Assembly: GCA_963721805.1 (NCBI GenBank) | Contig: CAVRJY010000002.1 | Span: 224,001-288,000, forward strand | Origin: Nitrospirota bacterium | GTDB lineage: Bacteria > Nitrospirota > Thermodesulfovibrionia > Thermodesulfovibrionales > JdFR-86 | DNA length: 64,000 bases | Direction: 5' to 3' | Shown: one piece after another, positions 30,472 to 42,555 of the stretch | Layout of the letters: each line of letters starts with the position of its first letter | Position numbering within the stretch: the first letter of the stretch is position 1 | Notes under the pieces: model-generated | What the model saw: the letters and a program-made list of their open reading frames with translations, nothing else | Databases searched by the model: none | What the model was told of the DNA's origin: nothing | Translations under genes and position numbers: made by a program

Positions 30472-30918
30472 CTACTGCTCCGCAACCACCTCTACGGGGA
30501 GGCTGGCAGTGACCTCGTGGCCGAGCTTGACCTCGACGCTGTAGCTCCCGAGGCGCTTGATCGGGTCCGCGATCACGATTTTCTTGCGGTCGATCTCGAT
30601 GCCGAGTTCCTTAAGCTTGCCGGCGATGTCCATGCTCGTGACAGAGCCGAAGAGCTTGTCCTCTTCGCCGGCCTTGGCGCTTATCGTGACCTTGAGCGTA
30701 GCCAGGCGCTCGGCCACGGTGGCGGCTGCGGCCTTGAGCTTCTTTGAGCGGTCCTGGATGACGCGGCGCTCGTGCTCGACCGCGCGCATGTTCTTGGTAT
30801 CGGCCTGCACCGCGAGCTTCTTGGGGAACAGGAAGTTCCTCGCGTAGCCGTCAGCCACGGTCACTATGTCGCCCATCTTGCCGAGGCTCTCGATATCGTC
30901 ACGCAATATAACCTTCAT
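30472..30918 (-). CDS. rplI: 50S ribosomal protein L9
   Basis: MKVIL...GYARNFLFPK, KLFGSVT, upstream of dnaB. Confidence 0.97.
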   Translation of the reverse strand: MKVILRDDIESLGKMGDIVTVADGYARNFLFPKKLAVQADTKNMRAVEHERRVIQDRSKKLKAAAATVAERLATLKVTISAKAGEEDKLFGSVTSMDIAGKLKELGIEIDRKKIVIADPIKRLGSYSVEVKLGHEVTASLPVEVVAEQ

Positions 30919-31107
30919 CGTTTTGTGTCTCCTTCTTAAAGAATATTACCGGTCCTGAGGAATGTATAGTATATTATCCCGAACTGCATATAATCAACCC
31001 CGCAGGGCTGCGGCCCGGCGGATGGCGTTGGCAATCTATGTCGGCTTCGGCCGCTTCCCCCCGGAAAACCTTGCTTTTTCCGCGTCCTGAGGGGTATGTT
31101 AGTAACC

Positions 31108-32007
31108 ATGGAGCAACTGAACCTTGAGCTTGGCCATGAATTCCGGGCTCTAAGCGCCGACGAGCACCGCAGGCTGCTTCTGAGGGACATCGAGCACAAG
31201 GCGCTGTCCACGCTCAAACTCGGGTTCAAGGGCAAGGTCCTCGACGTGCTCGACGATCCGAACTCCACCTCGACCGATATCGAGGCCCTGAAGACCCAGA
31301 TCGACCGCGAGGTCCTCGGGCGGCTGTTCGATATGTCCAACTCGCTCTATTTCGGCAATCTCAGGGTCGGGGAGACCGCGTCGTTTCTGGATATCGTGAT
31401 GCGCCTCGGCATGAAGCAGACGAGGACGCTCATACTCGCTCTCTCGCTGTTTTCGGTGACCAAGGACCGGGAACTGAGGGTATACGCCGCGCGGGCCTTC
31501 GCCACGCTGATGCTGGCCCGGATGTTCGCGACAGAGGCCGGGTACCGCAAAGACGTGCAGGAGAGGCTGGAGCTCGGGGGCCTGATGTTCGAGATCGGCA
31601 AGGTCGTGATGTTCGTATACAAGAAGTACCACGCCCGGTTCCACCTGAAGGACGAGTTCATAGACGCACACCACCACGAGATCGGCGTCAAGGTGATCGA
31701 GAAGTTCAACATGCCCGGGTTCCTGAAGGGGATAATCTCGGAGCGCCGCCTTGCGTTCGACGAGGAATCCTACGGGGTCGCGGGCATCGTTTATCTGATG
31801 AACTGCGCCGTGGACGACACGTTCAAACGATACGGGAAGTTCGTGGTCTCGGCCCCGCCCTCCGGGGTCGAGAAGCTCGGCCCGGCAGGCTGCGCCGCGA
31901 TACTTCGCGAGCAGTTTGCGGCGCTCGGCATCGGGGACCTGATCGAGGTGCTCGAACCGGGCAGGCGCCCCAGGTCCAGCACAGTTGATACGCGCAGCGC
32001 ATTTTAG
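31108..32007 (+). CDS. HDOD domain protein (degenerate)
   Basis: SNSLYF, RLGMK, GLMFEIGK (compare GLLHDIGK), HHEIG. Confidence 0.75.
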   Translation: MEQLNLELGHEFRALSADEHRRLLLRDIEHKALSTLKLGFKGKVLDVLDDPNSTSTDIEALKTQIDREVLGRLFDMSNSLYFGNLRVGETASFLDIVMRLGMKQTRTLILALSLFSVTKDRELRVYAARAFATLMLARMFATEAGYRKDVQERLELGGLMFEIGKVVMFVYKKYHARFHLKDEFIDAHHHEIGVKVIEKFNMPGFLKGIISERRLAFDEESYGVAGIVYLMNCAVDDTFKRYGKFVVSAPPSGVEKLGPAGCAAILREQFAALGIGDLIEVLEPGRRPRSSTVDTRSAF

Positions 32008-32022
32008 GTAAAATTTTCACCT

Positions 32023-33318
32023 ATGGCACTCGCCGCTGCACAGGATAACCGCAAGCTCCGCGTCATGATCGTCGAGGACGAACTCGACACCTGCATGGCC
32101 CTGAAGATCATCCTGAAGGGCAACTTCCCATGCGACGAGATATTCATGACCGCAAACGGCGAGGAGGCATGGGAAACCCTCCAGCGCGAGCCGGTGGACC
32201 TGATCATCTCGGACTGGAACATGCCGCGCATGAGCGGCGACAGGCTGCTGGAGCTCGTGCGCGGCAACGCCAAGACCCAGAAGACCCCATTCCTGATGCT
32301 CACGGTGCGCAAGGACCCGGAGAGCGTGACCACGGCGATAAAGGCCGGCGTCAACGGCTATGTGATCAAGCCCTTCGGGCAGAACACCATAATCAGCAAG
32401 GTCGAGTCGATGATCGGCATAAAGCACAGCACGCAGCACGGCGAGCAGGACAAGCCCGGCTCCGGCAGCCAGAAGGTCTCGCGTGACACCGTGTTTTCGA
32501 AGCTCACGCGCGCAATCGAGCGCGGGGACTTCGTCCTGCCGGCCTTGCCGCACCTTATCGTTAAGATCGAGGACGCACTGGTAAACCCCGCATCGAACAC
32601 AGATTCCCTGGCCGGGCTGATCGAGATAGATTCGGCCGTCGCGGCCAAGATAATCGCGGTCTCGAACTCGCCCTTTTACAAGGGGACGAACAAATGCGCC
32701 AACGTCCGCGAGGCTCTGATCAGGATCGGCCTTCAGGAGGCCCGGCAGCTCGTCTTCATCATATCGAGCAAGAGCCTGTTTACGACGCGCGACAAGCGCT
32801 TCGTGGACCTCGTCGAGCAGCTGTTCATGCACTCGGTCGCGGTAGGCGCCGCCAGCCAGCACATCGCGCGACAGCTCAGGCTCGGCGACCCGCACGAGTA
32901 TTTCCTCTTCGGCCTCCTGCACGACATCGGAAAGCTCGCAGTCATACAGATACTCTCCGATATCATCCCGGACCCGGCCGAGCTCTCCTATGAGTCTATC
33001 ATGGAGGCCATGGACTCGATGCACACCGGCATAGGCAGGACCATGCTCGACAAATGGCGCTTCGGCCCCGTGTTCTGCGAGGTCGCGCTCAAGCACGAGG
33101 AGGTCTCGGCCTATGACAAGCCGGGCAAGGAACTATCAGTGGTACATTTCTGTAACATCCTGGTCCGGGAGCTCGGGTTCAGCCTGAAGGAAAACGTCGA
33201 GAAAGACATGCTCAAGCACATCACCTCACGCCATCTGCTAGGGATGAACGCGGACATGATCGAGGCCGCCTCTGAGGACGTCCGCCAGTATGTGGCAAAG
33301 GTCAAGAGCATGGTTTAG
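32023..33318 (+). CDS. Response regulator (REC) plus HDOD domain
   Basis: VEDE, ISDWNMPRMSG, KPF, then LPALP, SNSPFY, GLLHDIGK. Confidence 0.9.
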   Translation: MALAAAQDNRKLRVMIVEDELDTCMALKIILKGNFPCDEIFMTANGEEAWETLQREPVDLIISDWNMPRMSGDRLLELVRGNAKTQKTPFLMLTVRKDPESVTTAIKAGVNGYVIKPFGQNTIISKVESMIGIKHSTQHGEQDKPGSGSQKVSRDTVFSKLTRAIERGDFVLPALPHLIVKIEDALVNPASNTDSLAGLIEIDSAVAAKIIAVSNSPFYKGTNKCANVREALIRIGLQEARQLVFIISSKSLFTTRDKRFVDLVEQLFMHSVAVGAASQHIARQLRLGDPHEYFLFGLLHDIGKLAVIQILSDIIPDPAELSYESIMEAMDSMHTGIGRTMLDKWRFGPVFCEVALKHEEVSAYDKPGKELSVVHFCNILVRELGFSLKENVEKDMLKHITSRHLLGMNADMIEAASEDVRQYVAKVKSMV

Positions 33319-33448
33319 CCATCCAGGCTACAGGAAAGAAATCAACGTTTCCATGGTCTTTCCTCCATAAACATCAGGTTTTTATTGCAAATATGCCCTT
33401 TAATGCGCTATTATTTAAAATAATTAAAAATAAACATCGAGGAGACCG

Positions 33449-33868
33449 ATGGCGAGGATAGGTGGAGCAAAAAAGTTCAGGGTAGTAATAGGGGTATCGG
33501 ACAAGCTGGTGTCCAGAGACCTGACGGTTATGCTTAACCGCCTGAACAGCGACGTGGCCAACGAGGCAGCGACCACAACCGACGTCATCTTAAAGATTGC
33601 GGCCGACGAGTCGAAGCCAGACATAGTGATCATGCAGCTCGGCCTTCCGGGCGAGCTCGACGCGGTTCAGGCGGCGTGGGAGATCTACGAGAAGTTCAAT
33701 GTCCCGACGCTTTATATAGTGAGCGCTGGGGACCGCCCCATGCTCGAAAAGATGGCCGAGAAATATTACTACGGCCACATACGCAAGCCTTACGATCAGG
33801 CCTCGTTATCGGCGGCCATGCAGAAGGCGATCATCAAGCACCTCAACGAATTCCTCAAATCGGGCTAA
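33449..33868 (+). CDS. Stand-alone atypical receiver-domain protein
   Basis: PDIVIMQLGLPG (Gln at the phospho-Asp position), KPY. Confidence 0.75.
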   Translation: MARIGGAKKFRVVIGVSDKLVSRDLTVMLNRLNSDVANEAATTTDVILKIAADESKPDIVIMQLGLPGELDAVQAAWEIYEKFNVPTLYIVSAGDRPMLEKMAEKYYYGHIRKPYDQASLSAAMQKAIIKHLNEFLKSG

Positions 33869-33870
33869 AT

Positions 33871-33909
33871 AAAAAAAGGCCCCCTCCCGGCGGGAGGGGG
33901 CCTTTTTTT
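33871..33909. terminator. Bidirectional intrinsic terminator
   Basis: A-run, GGCCCCCTCCC hairpin, T7, between convergent genes. Confidence 0.92.
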
Positions 33910-33922
33910 GCTTAAGTACGGT

Positions 33923-35584
<1,662 letters not shown>

Positions 35585-35598
35585 GCGAATCCCCCTTG

Positions 35599-35823
35599 TC
35601 AGTTTTTTCCTTTGTAGTCGCGGATAAGTTCGGCCATACGGTCCTTCTTCAGTAGCTTGAGCTTCTTGAGCTTGTTGCGCTCGAACTCGTCCTCAGGGCT
35701 CAGGTAGACCTTCGCGTCCATCTCCGCGATCTTCTCCGCGAGGGACTTGTGTTCCACGGCGAGCCTGCGGTACTCGTCGTTTTCGGCATCGAGGATTCTT
35801 GCGATTTTAGCTTCGGCTGTCAT
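35599..35823 (-). CDS. DUF465/YdcH family small coiled-coil protein
   Basis: EHKSL...[18 protein letters not shown]. Confidence 0.8.
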   Translation of the reverse strand: MTAEAKIARILDAENDEYRRLAVEHKSLAEKIAEMDAKVYLSPEDEFERNKLKKLKLLKKDRMAELIRDYKGKN

Positions 35824-35869
35824 GTCCTTGGCTCCTCCCTATACCGCTTGTTATGTGGCGTCTCCCGAC

Positions 35870-36490
35870 CTACTTGGCGGGCTCGATTACCTTGACCTTC
35901 ATCTCGATGCGCTGCAGCGGGTTGTCGCGGCCGTCCCTGGGGGCGTTTACTATCTTGTCCACGACGTCCATGCCAGAGGTGACCTCGCCAAACACGGTGT
36001 AGTTGCCGTCGAGCTGCGGCAGCGGCGCAACGCAGATGTAAAACTGCGAGCCCGCGCTGTCGGGGTTCTGGCTGCGGGCCATTGAGAGCGTGCCGCGCAG
36101 GTGGGGCCTTGCGTTGAACTCGGCCTTGACGGTATAGCCCGGCCCTCCGGTGCCGTACATCGCGCGGTTGGGGCCCTTGGTGTTCGGGTCGCCGCCCTGT
36201 ATGACGAAGCCGGGGATGACGCGGTGAAATATCGTGCCGTCATAGAAGCCCTTCTTCGCGAGCGTTATGAAATTGCTGACGTGGTTCGGGGCCACGTCGG
36301 GGTAAAACTTGAGCTCGATGTTCCCCATAGAGGTTTCGATCACTGCTGTTGTCTTTGCCATTGTCCTTAGCTCTTCCTTTGAAAATGATCTTGATACCGG
36401 TTCGCCGGCGGCAAATGCGAACCCGGCCCAGACGAGCAGCGAAGCCGCCGCCAGTAACGATAAATAAGCGATCCTGAATCTTGCGTTCAT
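35870..36490 (-). CDS. Cyclophilin-type peptidyl-prolyl isomerase
   Basis: FYDGTIFHRVIPGFVIQGGDP, SMARS, SAGSQFYI, YTVFG. Confidence 0.95.
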   Translation of the reverse strand: MNARFRIAYLSLLAAASLLVWAGFAFAAGEPVSRSFSKEELRTMAKTTAVIETSMGNIELKFYPDVAPNHVSNFITLAKKGFYDGTIFHRVIPGFVIQGGDPNTKGPNRAMYGTGGPGYTVKAEFNARPHLRGTLSMARSQNPDSAGSQFYICVAPLPQLDGNYTVFGEVTSGMDVVDKIVNAPRDGRDNPLQRIEMKVKVIEPAK

Positions 36491-37848
36491 GATACCTCCT
36501 CGTGTATTTTCCCTCCAAGCAAAAACGCGTTAGCCACGCAGTCGTTTACGCTCACGCCCCTAAGCGCGTTGCCCGAGACATAGAGCCCGGGGTGCGCCGA
36601 TGCGAAACCGTCTATCCGGGCGACCCGCTCGCGGTGCCCGACGTTGTATTGAGGTATCGCGAGCTCGTGGCGGTAGACCTTCACGAACTCCGGGTCCGCG
36701 CCGATGCCCGCCATGGTGGAGAGTTCGGCCCTCACCGTATCAGTAAGCCTGCGGTCGTCGAGCTCGGCCACGGCAGGGTTCCGCGCCCCGCCGGCCATCG
36801 CGCGCACGAGCACCATGCCCTCCGGCGCGCGGTTTTCAAACACGCTCGAATCATACAGCACCCCGAGCACCTTCCTGCCCTCAGCCTGCGGCACCAGAAA
36901 GCCGAAGGCGTCTATCTCGGCAGTCGCGAGCTTATCGCGCCGGTATCCCAGACACACCACCGAGAGAGGCGGGTAGGGTATCTCGGCCAGCGTGCGCGAT
37001 GCGGCCTTGTCCAGCCCCTTCACTATCTCGGCGCTCTGGTGCGCCGGGGTGCAGAGCACGACCGCGTCCGCTTCGAGCGCCGAGCCGTCCTTGAGGTGCA
37101 CCTTGAATCCGTCCTTCCTGCTCTTGTCGAGCCCGAGCACCTTCATGTTAGGCCTGAACGACTCGCCGAGGGCTGCGGCGAGCGCGTTTGGCAGCTCCTG
37201 CATCCCGCCCCTGAATGACGTGAGGGTGCCGCCCGGTCCGGCGCCGACTTTTTTCTTGCGTTCCTTCATCAGGGCTATCATGCCCTTGATCAGGCTCCCG
37301 TACTTGCGTTCGAGGTCGTAGATCGTTGGAAAGCAGCTTCTGAGGCTCATGGCCTCAGGGTCCCCGGCATATATGCCCGAGGCCATCGGGTCGATGAGCT
37401 TCTCGGCTGCCTCGCGGCCGAGCCTCCGGCGCGCGAACGCGGCGAGCGTCTCGTCCTCGACCGCGCCCTTTGCGATGAACGGCTCCATCGCGAGGCGGAG
37501 CTTGCCGCGCACGCTCATCAGCGGCGAGCGCATGAACGAGTACGCGGACTCCGGCAGCCGGTTGAGCCGTCCGCCTGAGTATATAAATCTTTTCCGGGCC
37601 AGGTCGCTGCTTTTAAGCGGCGATATGCCGAGCATCGTGGCCAGCTCCAGTGTCTTTGGCTTGTTGTCGAGGAAACCGTTGACGCCGCTTTCGCAGACAT
37701 AGCCCCTGACGCTGTCGGACCATATCTTGCCGCCCGGACGCGAGGCTGACTCAAGCACCGTCACCTCGGCGCCTCCGAAGCGCTTAAGCGCATAGGCAAG
37801 CGCGAGCCCTGATATTCCCCCGCCGACTACGATAATCCTTACGCCCAA
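36487..37848 (-). CDS. hemY: HemY-type proto/coproporphyrinogen oxidase
   Basis: GGGISGL FAD motif, GIYAGDP, FGFLVP, AIPQYNVGH, GVSVNDC. Confidence 0.92.
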   Translation of the reverse strand: MGVRIIVVGGGISGLALAYALKRFGGAEVTVLESASRPGGKIWSDSVRGYVCESGVNGFLDNKPKTLELATMLGISPLKSSDLARKRFIYSGGRLNRLPESAYSFMRSPLMSVRGKLRLAMEPFIAKGAVEDETLAAFARRRLGREAAEKLIDPMASGIYAGDPEAMSLRSCFPTIYDLERKYGSLIKGMIALMKERKKKVGAGPGGTLTSFRGGMQELPNALAAALGESFRPNMKVLGLDKSRKDGFKVHLKDGSALEADAVVLCTPAHQSAEIVKGLDKAASRTLAEIPYPPLSVVCLGYRRDKLATAEIDAFGFLVPQAEGRKVLGVLYDSSVFENRAPEGMVLVRAMAGGARNPAVAELDDRRLTDTVRAELSTMAGIGADPEFVKVYRHELAIPQYNVGHRERVARIDGFASAHPGLYVSGNALRGVSVNDCVANAFLLGGKIHEEVS

Positions 37849-38786
37849 TCACGCTCCTTCGCGGCCTTCATGGCAAGCTCGAAGAGCGCACCTATGAACT
37901 TAGGGTGCACGTTCAGAGATTCGGTACGCCTGAGATTCACTCCCAATTCCCCCGCCATCCGCCTATATAGTATATCAATTTCATATAGAGTCTCAATATG
38001 GTCAGAGACAAAGCTTATAGGCACCATAAGTATGTCTTTTGTCCCGGCTGAGGCGAGCCTGTGCAGCTCGTCCTCGGTCGAAGGGGTAAGCCACTTGACC
38101 GGGCCGCTGCGCGACTGGTACGAGATGCTCCACGGCACGCCCTTAAAGCGCGCGGTGACGGCCTTTATGGTAGCCATTATATGGTCGGCATAGGGGTCAC
38201 CGGCATCGATAATGCTCTGGGGCAGGCTGTGGGCGCTGAAGAGCAGGTGGCTTGATGGCGCATCCGCGAGAGCGCGGCCGACAAGGTCCGAAAGCGCATC
38301 GATATACAGCGGGTGGTCGTACCACGCCGGAACGATCGCGGGCTCAAGCGGCGAGAGCGCCTCGCGGAGCGCGAGCTCGGCCGAGCCGCTCGTCGCAATG
38401 CTCCAGTGGGGATAGAGGCTCAGCCCGATTACCCGCCGCACTCCGGACTCTACGATCTCCCTGGCTACGCTCTCGATAAACGGGTGCCAGTAGCGCATCC
38501 CTATCGAGACCTTGAAATCAGTGCCGAGGCGGGCGGACAGCGCATCGGCCTGGGCGCGGGTGATCGGAACTATCGGCGAGCCGCCGCCTATCTGCTGGTA
38601 ATACGAGATCGTCTTTGGCGCGCGGCGTTTCGCTATTATGGCTGCTATAGGCTTTTGCATGAAGGCGAACGGGCCCAGGGGGATTATCCTGCGGTCAGAA
38701 AACAGGTTAAACAGAAAGGGCCGGACCGCATCGAGCGTATCCGGCCCCCCGAGGTTCAGGAGGACTACTGCTACGGTCTCCGCCAC
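37839..38786 (-). CDS. hemH: Ferrochelatase
   Basis: LLNLGGP, GGGSP, MRYWHP, FSAHSLP, YQSRSGP, FVSDHIETLYEID. Confidence 0.95.
   Translation of the reverse strand: MAETVAVVLLNLGGPDTLDAVRPFLFNLFSDRRIIPLGPFAFMQKPIAAIIAKRRAPKTISYYQQIGGGSPIVPITRAQADALSARLGTDFKVSIGMRYWHPFIESVAREIVESGVRRVIGLSLYPHWSIATSGSAELALREALSPLEPAIVPAWYDHPLYIDALSDLVGRALADAPSSHLLFSAHSLPQSIIDAGDPYADHIMATIKAVTARFKGVPWSISYQSRSGPVKWLTPSTEDELHRLASAGTKDILMVPISFVSDHIETLYEIDILYRRMAGELGVNLRRTESLNVHPKFIGALFELAMKAAKERDWA
37969..37996 (-). promoter_or_regulatory. Candidate internal promoter in hemH driving hemY and downstream genes
   Basis: TTGAGA-16 nt-TATACT with extended -10 TG, inside an AT-rich synonymous-codon patch. Confidence 0.45.
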
Positions 38787-38795
38787 TATAGCCTA

Positions 38796-39815
38796 TTACC
38801 GCGCGCTGTACTCATGCACCGCCTCGACTAGCGCCTTGACCCCGTCAACCGGAGTCTCGGGGATTATGCCGTGGCCGAGGTTGAAGATATGCCCCCTGGC
38901 CTTCCTGCCCTGATCGACGATGACCTTGGCGCGCTTTATTATCTCGGCAGGCGAAGAAAGCAGCGCGAGCGGATCGAGGTTGCCCTGCACCGAGGCCTTG
39001 TCGCCTATCGTGCGTATGGCATCCTTGAGGTCGACCTTCCAGTCTATGCCGTAGACGTCCGCACCGGCCTTCTTGACGTCCTTGAGGCAGGCCGAGGAAC
39101 CGTTGGCGAAATATATGATCGGCACGCCGAGCTTTTTGACCTCTGAGATTATGCCCTTGACGTGCGGCAGGTAGGCGCGGAAGTCGTCCGGAGCGAGCGC
39201 CCCGGCCCATGAGTCGAAGAGCTGCACGGCCTGCGCCCCTGCCTTTATCTGAGCGATCATATATGCCTGCACGCTCGCGGAAATCTTTGCGAGGATGTCG
39301 TTATATAGCGCGGGATTTTGGTACATCATGCGCTTGGTGTTTATGAACTGCTTCGACGAGCCGCCCTCGATCATGTAGGTCGCGAGAGTGAAGGGCGCGC
39401 CCGAAAACCCGATCAGCGGGACCTTGAGCTCGCGCCTGAGGATGCGGATAGTGTCCATCACGTATTTAAGTTCGTCTTCAGGCTCGGGTACGATCAGCTT
39501 GTCGAGCGCGGCGCGGTTGCGGATGGGGTCGACGAGCACAGGGCCTTTTTTCTCGTGGAACTCGACCCTCATGCCCATCGCATCAGAGACGACCAGGATA
39601 TCGGAGAACAATATCGCCGCGTCCACGCCCAGGACGTCCACCGGCTGGTGCGTGACCTTGGCAGCGAGTTCGGGCGTCTTACAAAGCGTGAGGAAGTCGA
39701 CCTCGGCGCGGACCGCCTGGTACTCCTTCAGGAACCGCCCGGCCTGCCGCATGAACCATATGGGAGTATACGGGACCGCTTCGCCCCGGCATGCCTTCAG
39801 AAAAACATCGTTCAT
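38796..39815 (-). CDS. hemE: Uroporphyrinogen decarboxylase
   Basis: PIWFMRQAGR, AAILFSDIL, QGNLDP, HIFNLGHG. Confidence 0.97.
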   Translation of the reverse strand: MNDVFLKACRGEAVPYTPIWFMRQAGRFLKEYQAVRAEVDFLTLCKTPELAAKVTHQPVDVLGVDAAILFSDILVVSDAMGMRVEFHEKKGPVLVDPIRNRAALDKLIVPEPEDELKYVMDTIRILRRELKVPLIGFSGAPFTLATYMIEGGSSKQFINTKRMMYQNPALYNDILAKISASVQAYMIAQIKAGAQAVQLFDSWAGALAPDDFRAYLPHVKGIISEVKKLGVPIIYFANGSSACLKDVKKAGADVYGIDWKVDLKDAIRTIGDKASVQGNLDPLALLSSPAEIIKRAKVIVDQGRKARGHIFNLGHGIIPETPVDGVKALVEAVHEYSAR

Positions 39816-40894
39816 TATTTATCAGCCTCCGGTGTTCTTAATTTTCTGGGTACGTAGCTGCAGAAGGGTTCCTCGGCCATGTAATCGCCGGTGACGGCGT
39901 AAGCCCGCGCGCGGCACCCGCCGCATACGTTCACGAACTCGCACGAGCCGCAGCGGCCCTTGTAGCTCTTGAAATCCCGCATGTCCTTAAACAGCGGGGA
40001 GTTCTCCCATATGTCCTTAAACGACTGCGTGCGGATGTTCCCTGCGGCCTTTGGGAAGTAGCTGCAGGGCAGGACGTTTCCGTCGACGTCGATCAGGCAT
40101 ATGAGCTGCCCGGCGAGGCAGCCCTTCGAGCCTCCGGTCGAGAACTTCAGCGTGCGGCGCTTGACGGCCTCGCCGCCTTCCTTTGCGCGCTGTAATTGCA
40201 CTCGGTAATAGTGCGGGGCGCAGGTCGGGCGCACGAGCATGTCCTCTTCCTGCTTTTCCATGTCATAGTGCCAGTCGAGGATCTTGTCGTAACCTTCTTT
40301 TGAGATCAGCTCGCCCATGATGTCCTCGCCGCGTCCTGTAGGCACGATCATGAACATGTACCACGCGGTGGCGCCGAGCGACTTGGCGAGCTTGTAGATC
40401 TTCGGTATCTCCTCCTCGTTGCGCTTGGTGAACGAGGAGTTGATGATGAACTCGATGCCGTTTTCTTTAAACAGACGCGCGGCGTTGAGCGTGCCCGCAA
40501 ACGCGCCGGGCTGGCAGCGGAAGTCGTCGTGGACCTCGGCGGTCGAGCCGTCGAGGCTCATCGAGACGATGCGGATGCCGGCGTCCTTGATCTTGGCGCA
40601 GATGTCCTGCGTCACGAGCGTGCCGTTGGTCGCAAGGCACATGCGCAGGCCCTTCCCGGTGCCGTATTTCGCGATATCGAATACGTCGGGCCGCAACAGG
40701 GGCTCGCCGCCAGATAGCACCACGACGGGCTTGGCGTAGCTTGCGATGTCGTCCAGCACGCGCTTGGCCTCGGCAAAGTCGAAGTCAGGGTGGCCCTTGG
40801 CCTCGGTCTCGGAGGACGAACGGCAGTGGACGCACTTAAGGTTGCAGCGCCTCGTTATCTCCCATGCTACCCACTTCGGTACGAACTCGATCAC
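39815..40894 (-). CDS. Radical SAM/SPASM protein, AhbD/NirJ-like
   Basis: [34 protein letters not shown] cysteines (GCLAG, CGSC...CGGCRARA), coupled to hemE. Confidence 0.85.
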   Translation of the reverse strand: MIEFVPKWVAWEITRRCNLKCVHCRSSSETEAKGHPDFDFAEAKRVLDDIASYAKPVVVLSGGEPLLRPDVFDIAKYGTGKGLRMCLATNGTLVTQDICAKIKDAGIRIVSMSLDGSTAEVHDDFRCQPGAFAGTLNAARLFKENGIEFIINSSFTKRNEEEIPKIYKLAKSLGATAWYMFMIVPTGRGEDIMGELISKEGYDKILDWHYDMEKQEEDMLVRPTCAPHYYRVQLQRAKEGGEAVKRRTLKFSTGGSKGCLAGQLICLIDVDGNVLPCSYFPKAAGNIRTQSFKDIWENSPLFKDMRDFKSYKGRCGSCEFVNVCGGCRARAYAVTGDYMAEEPFCSYVPRKLRTPEADK

Positions 40895-40896
40895 TA

Positions 40897-42549
40897 TTAG
40901 ACGCTCCCTATTAAGTATTTACCCATATTATACCTATGTAGAGCCCCGTTTTCATGCCAGACGTGCTCCTGTATCGCATCCATGAGCGGGCCGAAGGTCG
41001 CGGGGCGGAGCGCGGAAACCGCGACAGCGTTGTAGCGGGCCGAAAGATTACGGACCAGCTCAGCGTCCGCGAGGTCGATCTTGTTCAGCACGATTATGCG
41101 GCTCTTGCTCTCAAGCCCAAGTTCGGCCAGTATCTTCTCTACGGCCTCCATCTGCTGCTCCACTCTCGGGTTCGAGACGTCCAGCACGTGAATCAGCACG
41201 TCGGCGTCCGCGAGTTCCTCTAAAGTGGCCTTAAACGCGGTCATCAGGTCCTTGGGCAGGTCGCGGATGAAACCGACCGTATCCGTGATTATCACCTCGC
41301 GCTCGCGCGGGAACCGCAGGCGGCGTGAGGCGGTATCGAGCGTTGCGAACATCTTGTTTTCGACGAACGTGGCGCTCTTAGTCAGGCTGTTAAGTAGCGT
41401 GGACTTCCCGGCGTTCGTGTATCCGACTATCGAGACTATCGGGAGGCCGGCTTCGACCCGCCGGCTCTTGCGCTGCTTCCTAGCGAGGCCCAGGGTCTTT
41501 AACTCGCGCTCAAGCAGCGTTATGCGGTCGCGCACGCGGCGTCGGTCGTTCTCTAACTTCGACTCGCCCGGCCCGCGGCCGCCTATGCCACCCATCAGAC
41601 GCGACATCGCGGTGCCCTTGCCTGTGAGCCGCGGCAGGCGGTATTTGAGCTGCGCCAATTCGACCTGCACCTTGCCGTCGCGGCTGTGGGCGCGGCGAGC
41701 GAAGATGTCGAGGATCAACTGAGACCGGTCGATGACCTTCATCTCGGTTATGTCGCTTATGGCCTTGATCTGCGACGGCCCGAGGTCCTGGTCGAAGATC
41801 AGGAGTGTGGCGCCCTTGTTGAGCGCCTCGATGATGAGCTCCTTGATCCTGCCCTCGCCCATGAGGTACTTGGGGTTGATCTCGCGCGGCCTCTGGATCA
41901 CGGTATCGAGCACGACCACGTCGCTCGACTCCGCGAGCTCGTGGAGCTCGTCGGTGGATTCCGCCTGATCTTGTTTTGGCTTTTTTGAGACGCTCACCAA
42001 GATCGCACGCTCTCTGGGGTCGCTCCGGTCCACGGCGCGGCGGCGCTCCATCTCGCTCTCGGTATTTTTGAGCACGTCTTGGAGGTCGGCCTTCGGGTGG
42101 TGGAGGTCCTCTATTGTCTTTTCGGTCCCGGCAGCGGTGATCCGCCCGACATGCACGTTCGAGAGCGCCTCGTCGCCGACGTCTATCGCCGCGACGAGGT
42201 CGAGCCTCAGAAGCGCCAGGTCGGTCAGGTCGTCCTCGGTGAGCGGCTCGCCTCTTAGGTGGGTGTGTATGAGCCTGAGGCCGCGCAGGGCCTTCCTGCC
42301 CAGGGGGTAGTCCTCGAGGCCGGGGATGAAAATCCTTCCCGCGTCGCCCACGATCACGTGCGTGACCCTGCCGGAGCGCGCGACGAGGATGCCGATCTGG
42401 CGGTCGATCCCGGCCGAGAGCTCGGCCGCGTAACGTGCGAGCTCAGGGGTGATGATCAGCCCCGGAGGGACGCGCCTGCGGAAAATACGTTCGAGCGCGC
42501 TTTTCTCGCTGTCTTTAAGCCCCGCCGTATTGCCAGATATCGAGGGTAT
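40897..42549 (-). CDS. hflX: GTPase HflX (long form), probable non-canonical ATA start
   Basis: [22 protein letters not shown]. The frame stays open upstream through ISGNTAGLK...RQIG with no ATG/GTG/TTG. Confidence 0.9.
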   Translation of the reverse strand: MPSISGNTAGLKDSEKSALERIFRRRVPPGLIITPELARYAAELSAGIDRQIGILVARSGRVTHVIVGDAGRIFIPGLEDYPLGRKALRGLRLIHTHLRGEPLTEDDLTDLALLRLDLVAAIDVGDEALSNVHVGRITAAGTEKTIEDLHHPKADLQDVLKNTESEMERRRAVDRSDPRERAILVSVSKKPKQDQAESTDELHELAESSDVVVLDTVIQRPREINPKYLMGEGRIKELIIEALNKGATLLIFDQDLGPSQIKAISDITEMKVIDRSQLILDIFARRAHSRDGKVQVELAQLKYRLPRLTGKGTAMSRLMGGIGGRGPGESKLENDRRRVRDRITLLERELKTLGLARKQRKSRRVEAGLPIVSIVGYTNAGKSTLLNSLTKSATFVENKMFATLDTASRRLRFPREREVIITDTVGFIRDLPKDLMTAFKATLEELADADVLIHVLDVSNPRVEQQMEAVEKILAELGLESKSRIIVLNKIDLADAELVRNLSARYNAVAVSALRPATFGPLMDAIQEHVWHENGALHRYNMGKYLIGSV

Positions 42550-42555
42550 CTCAGC

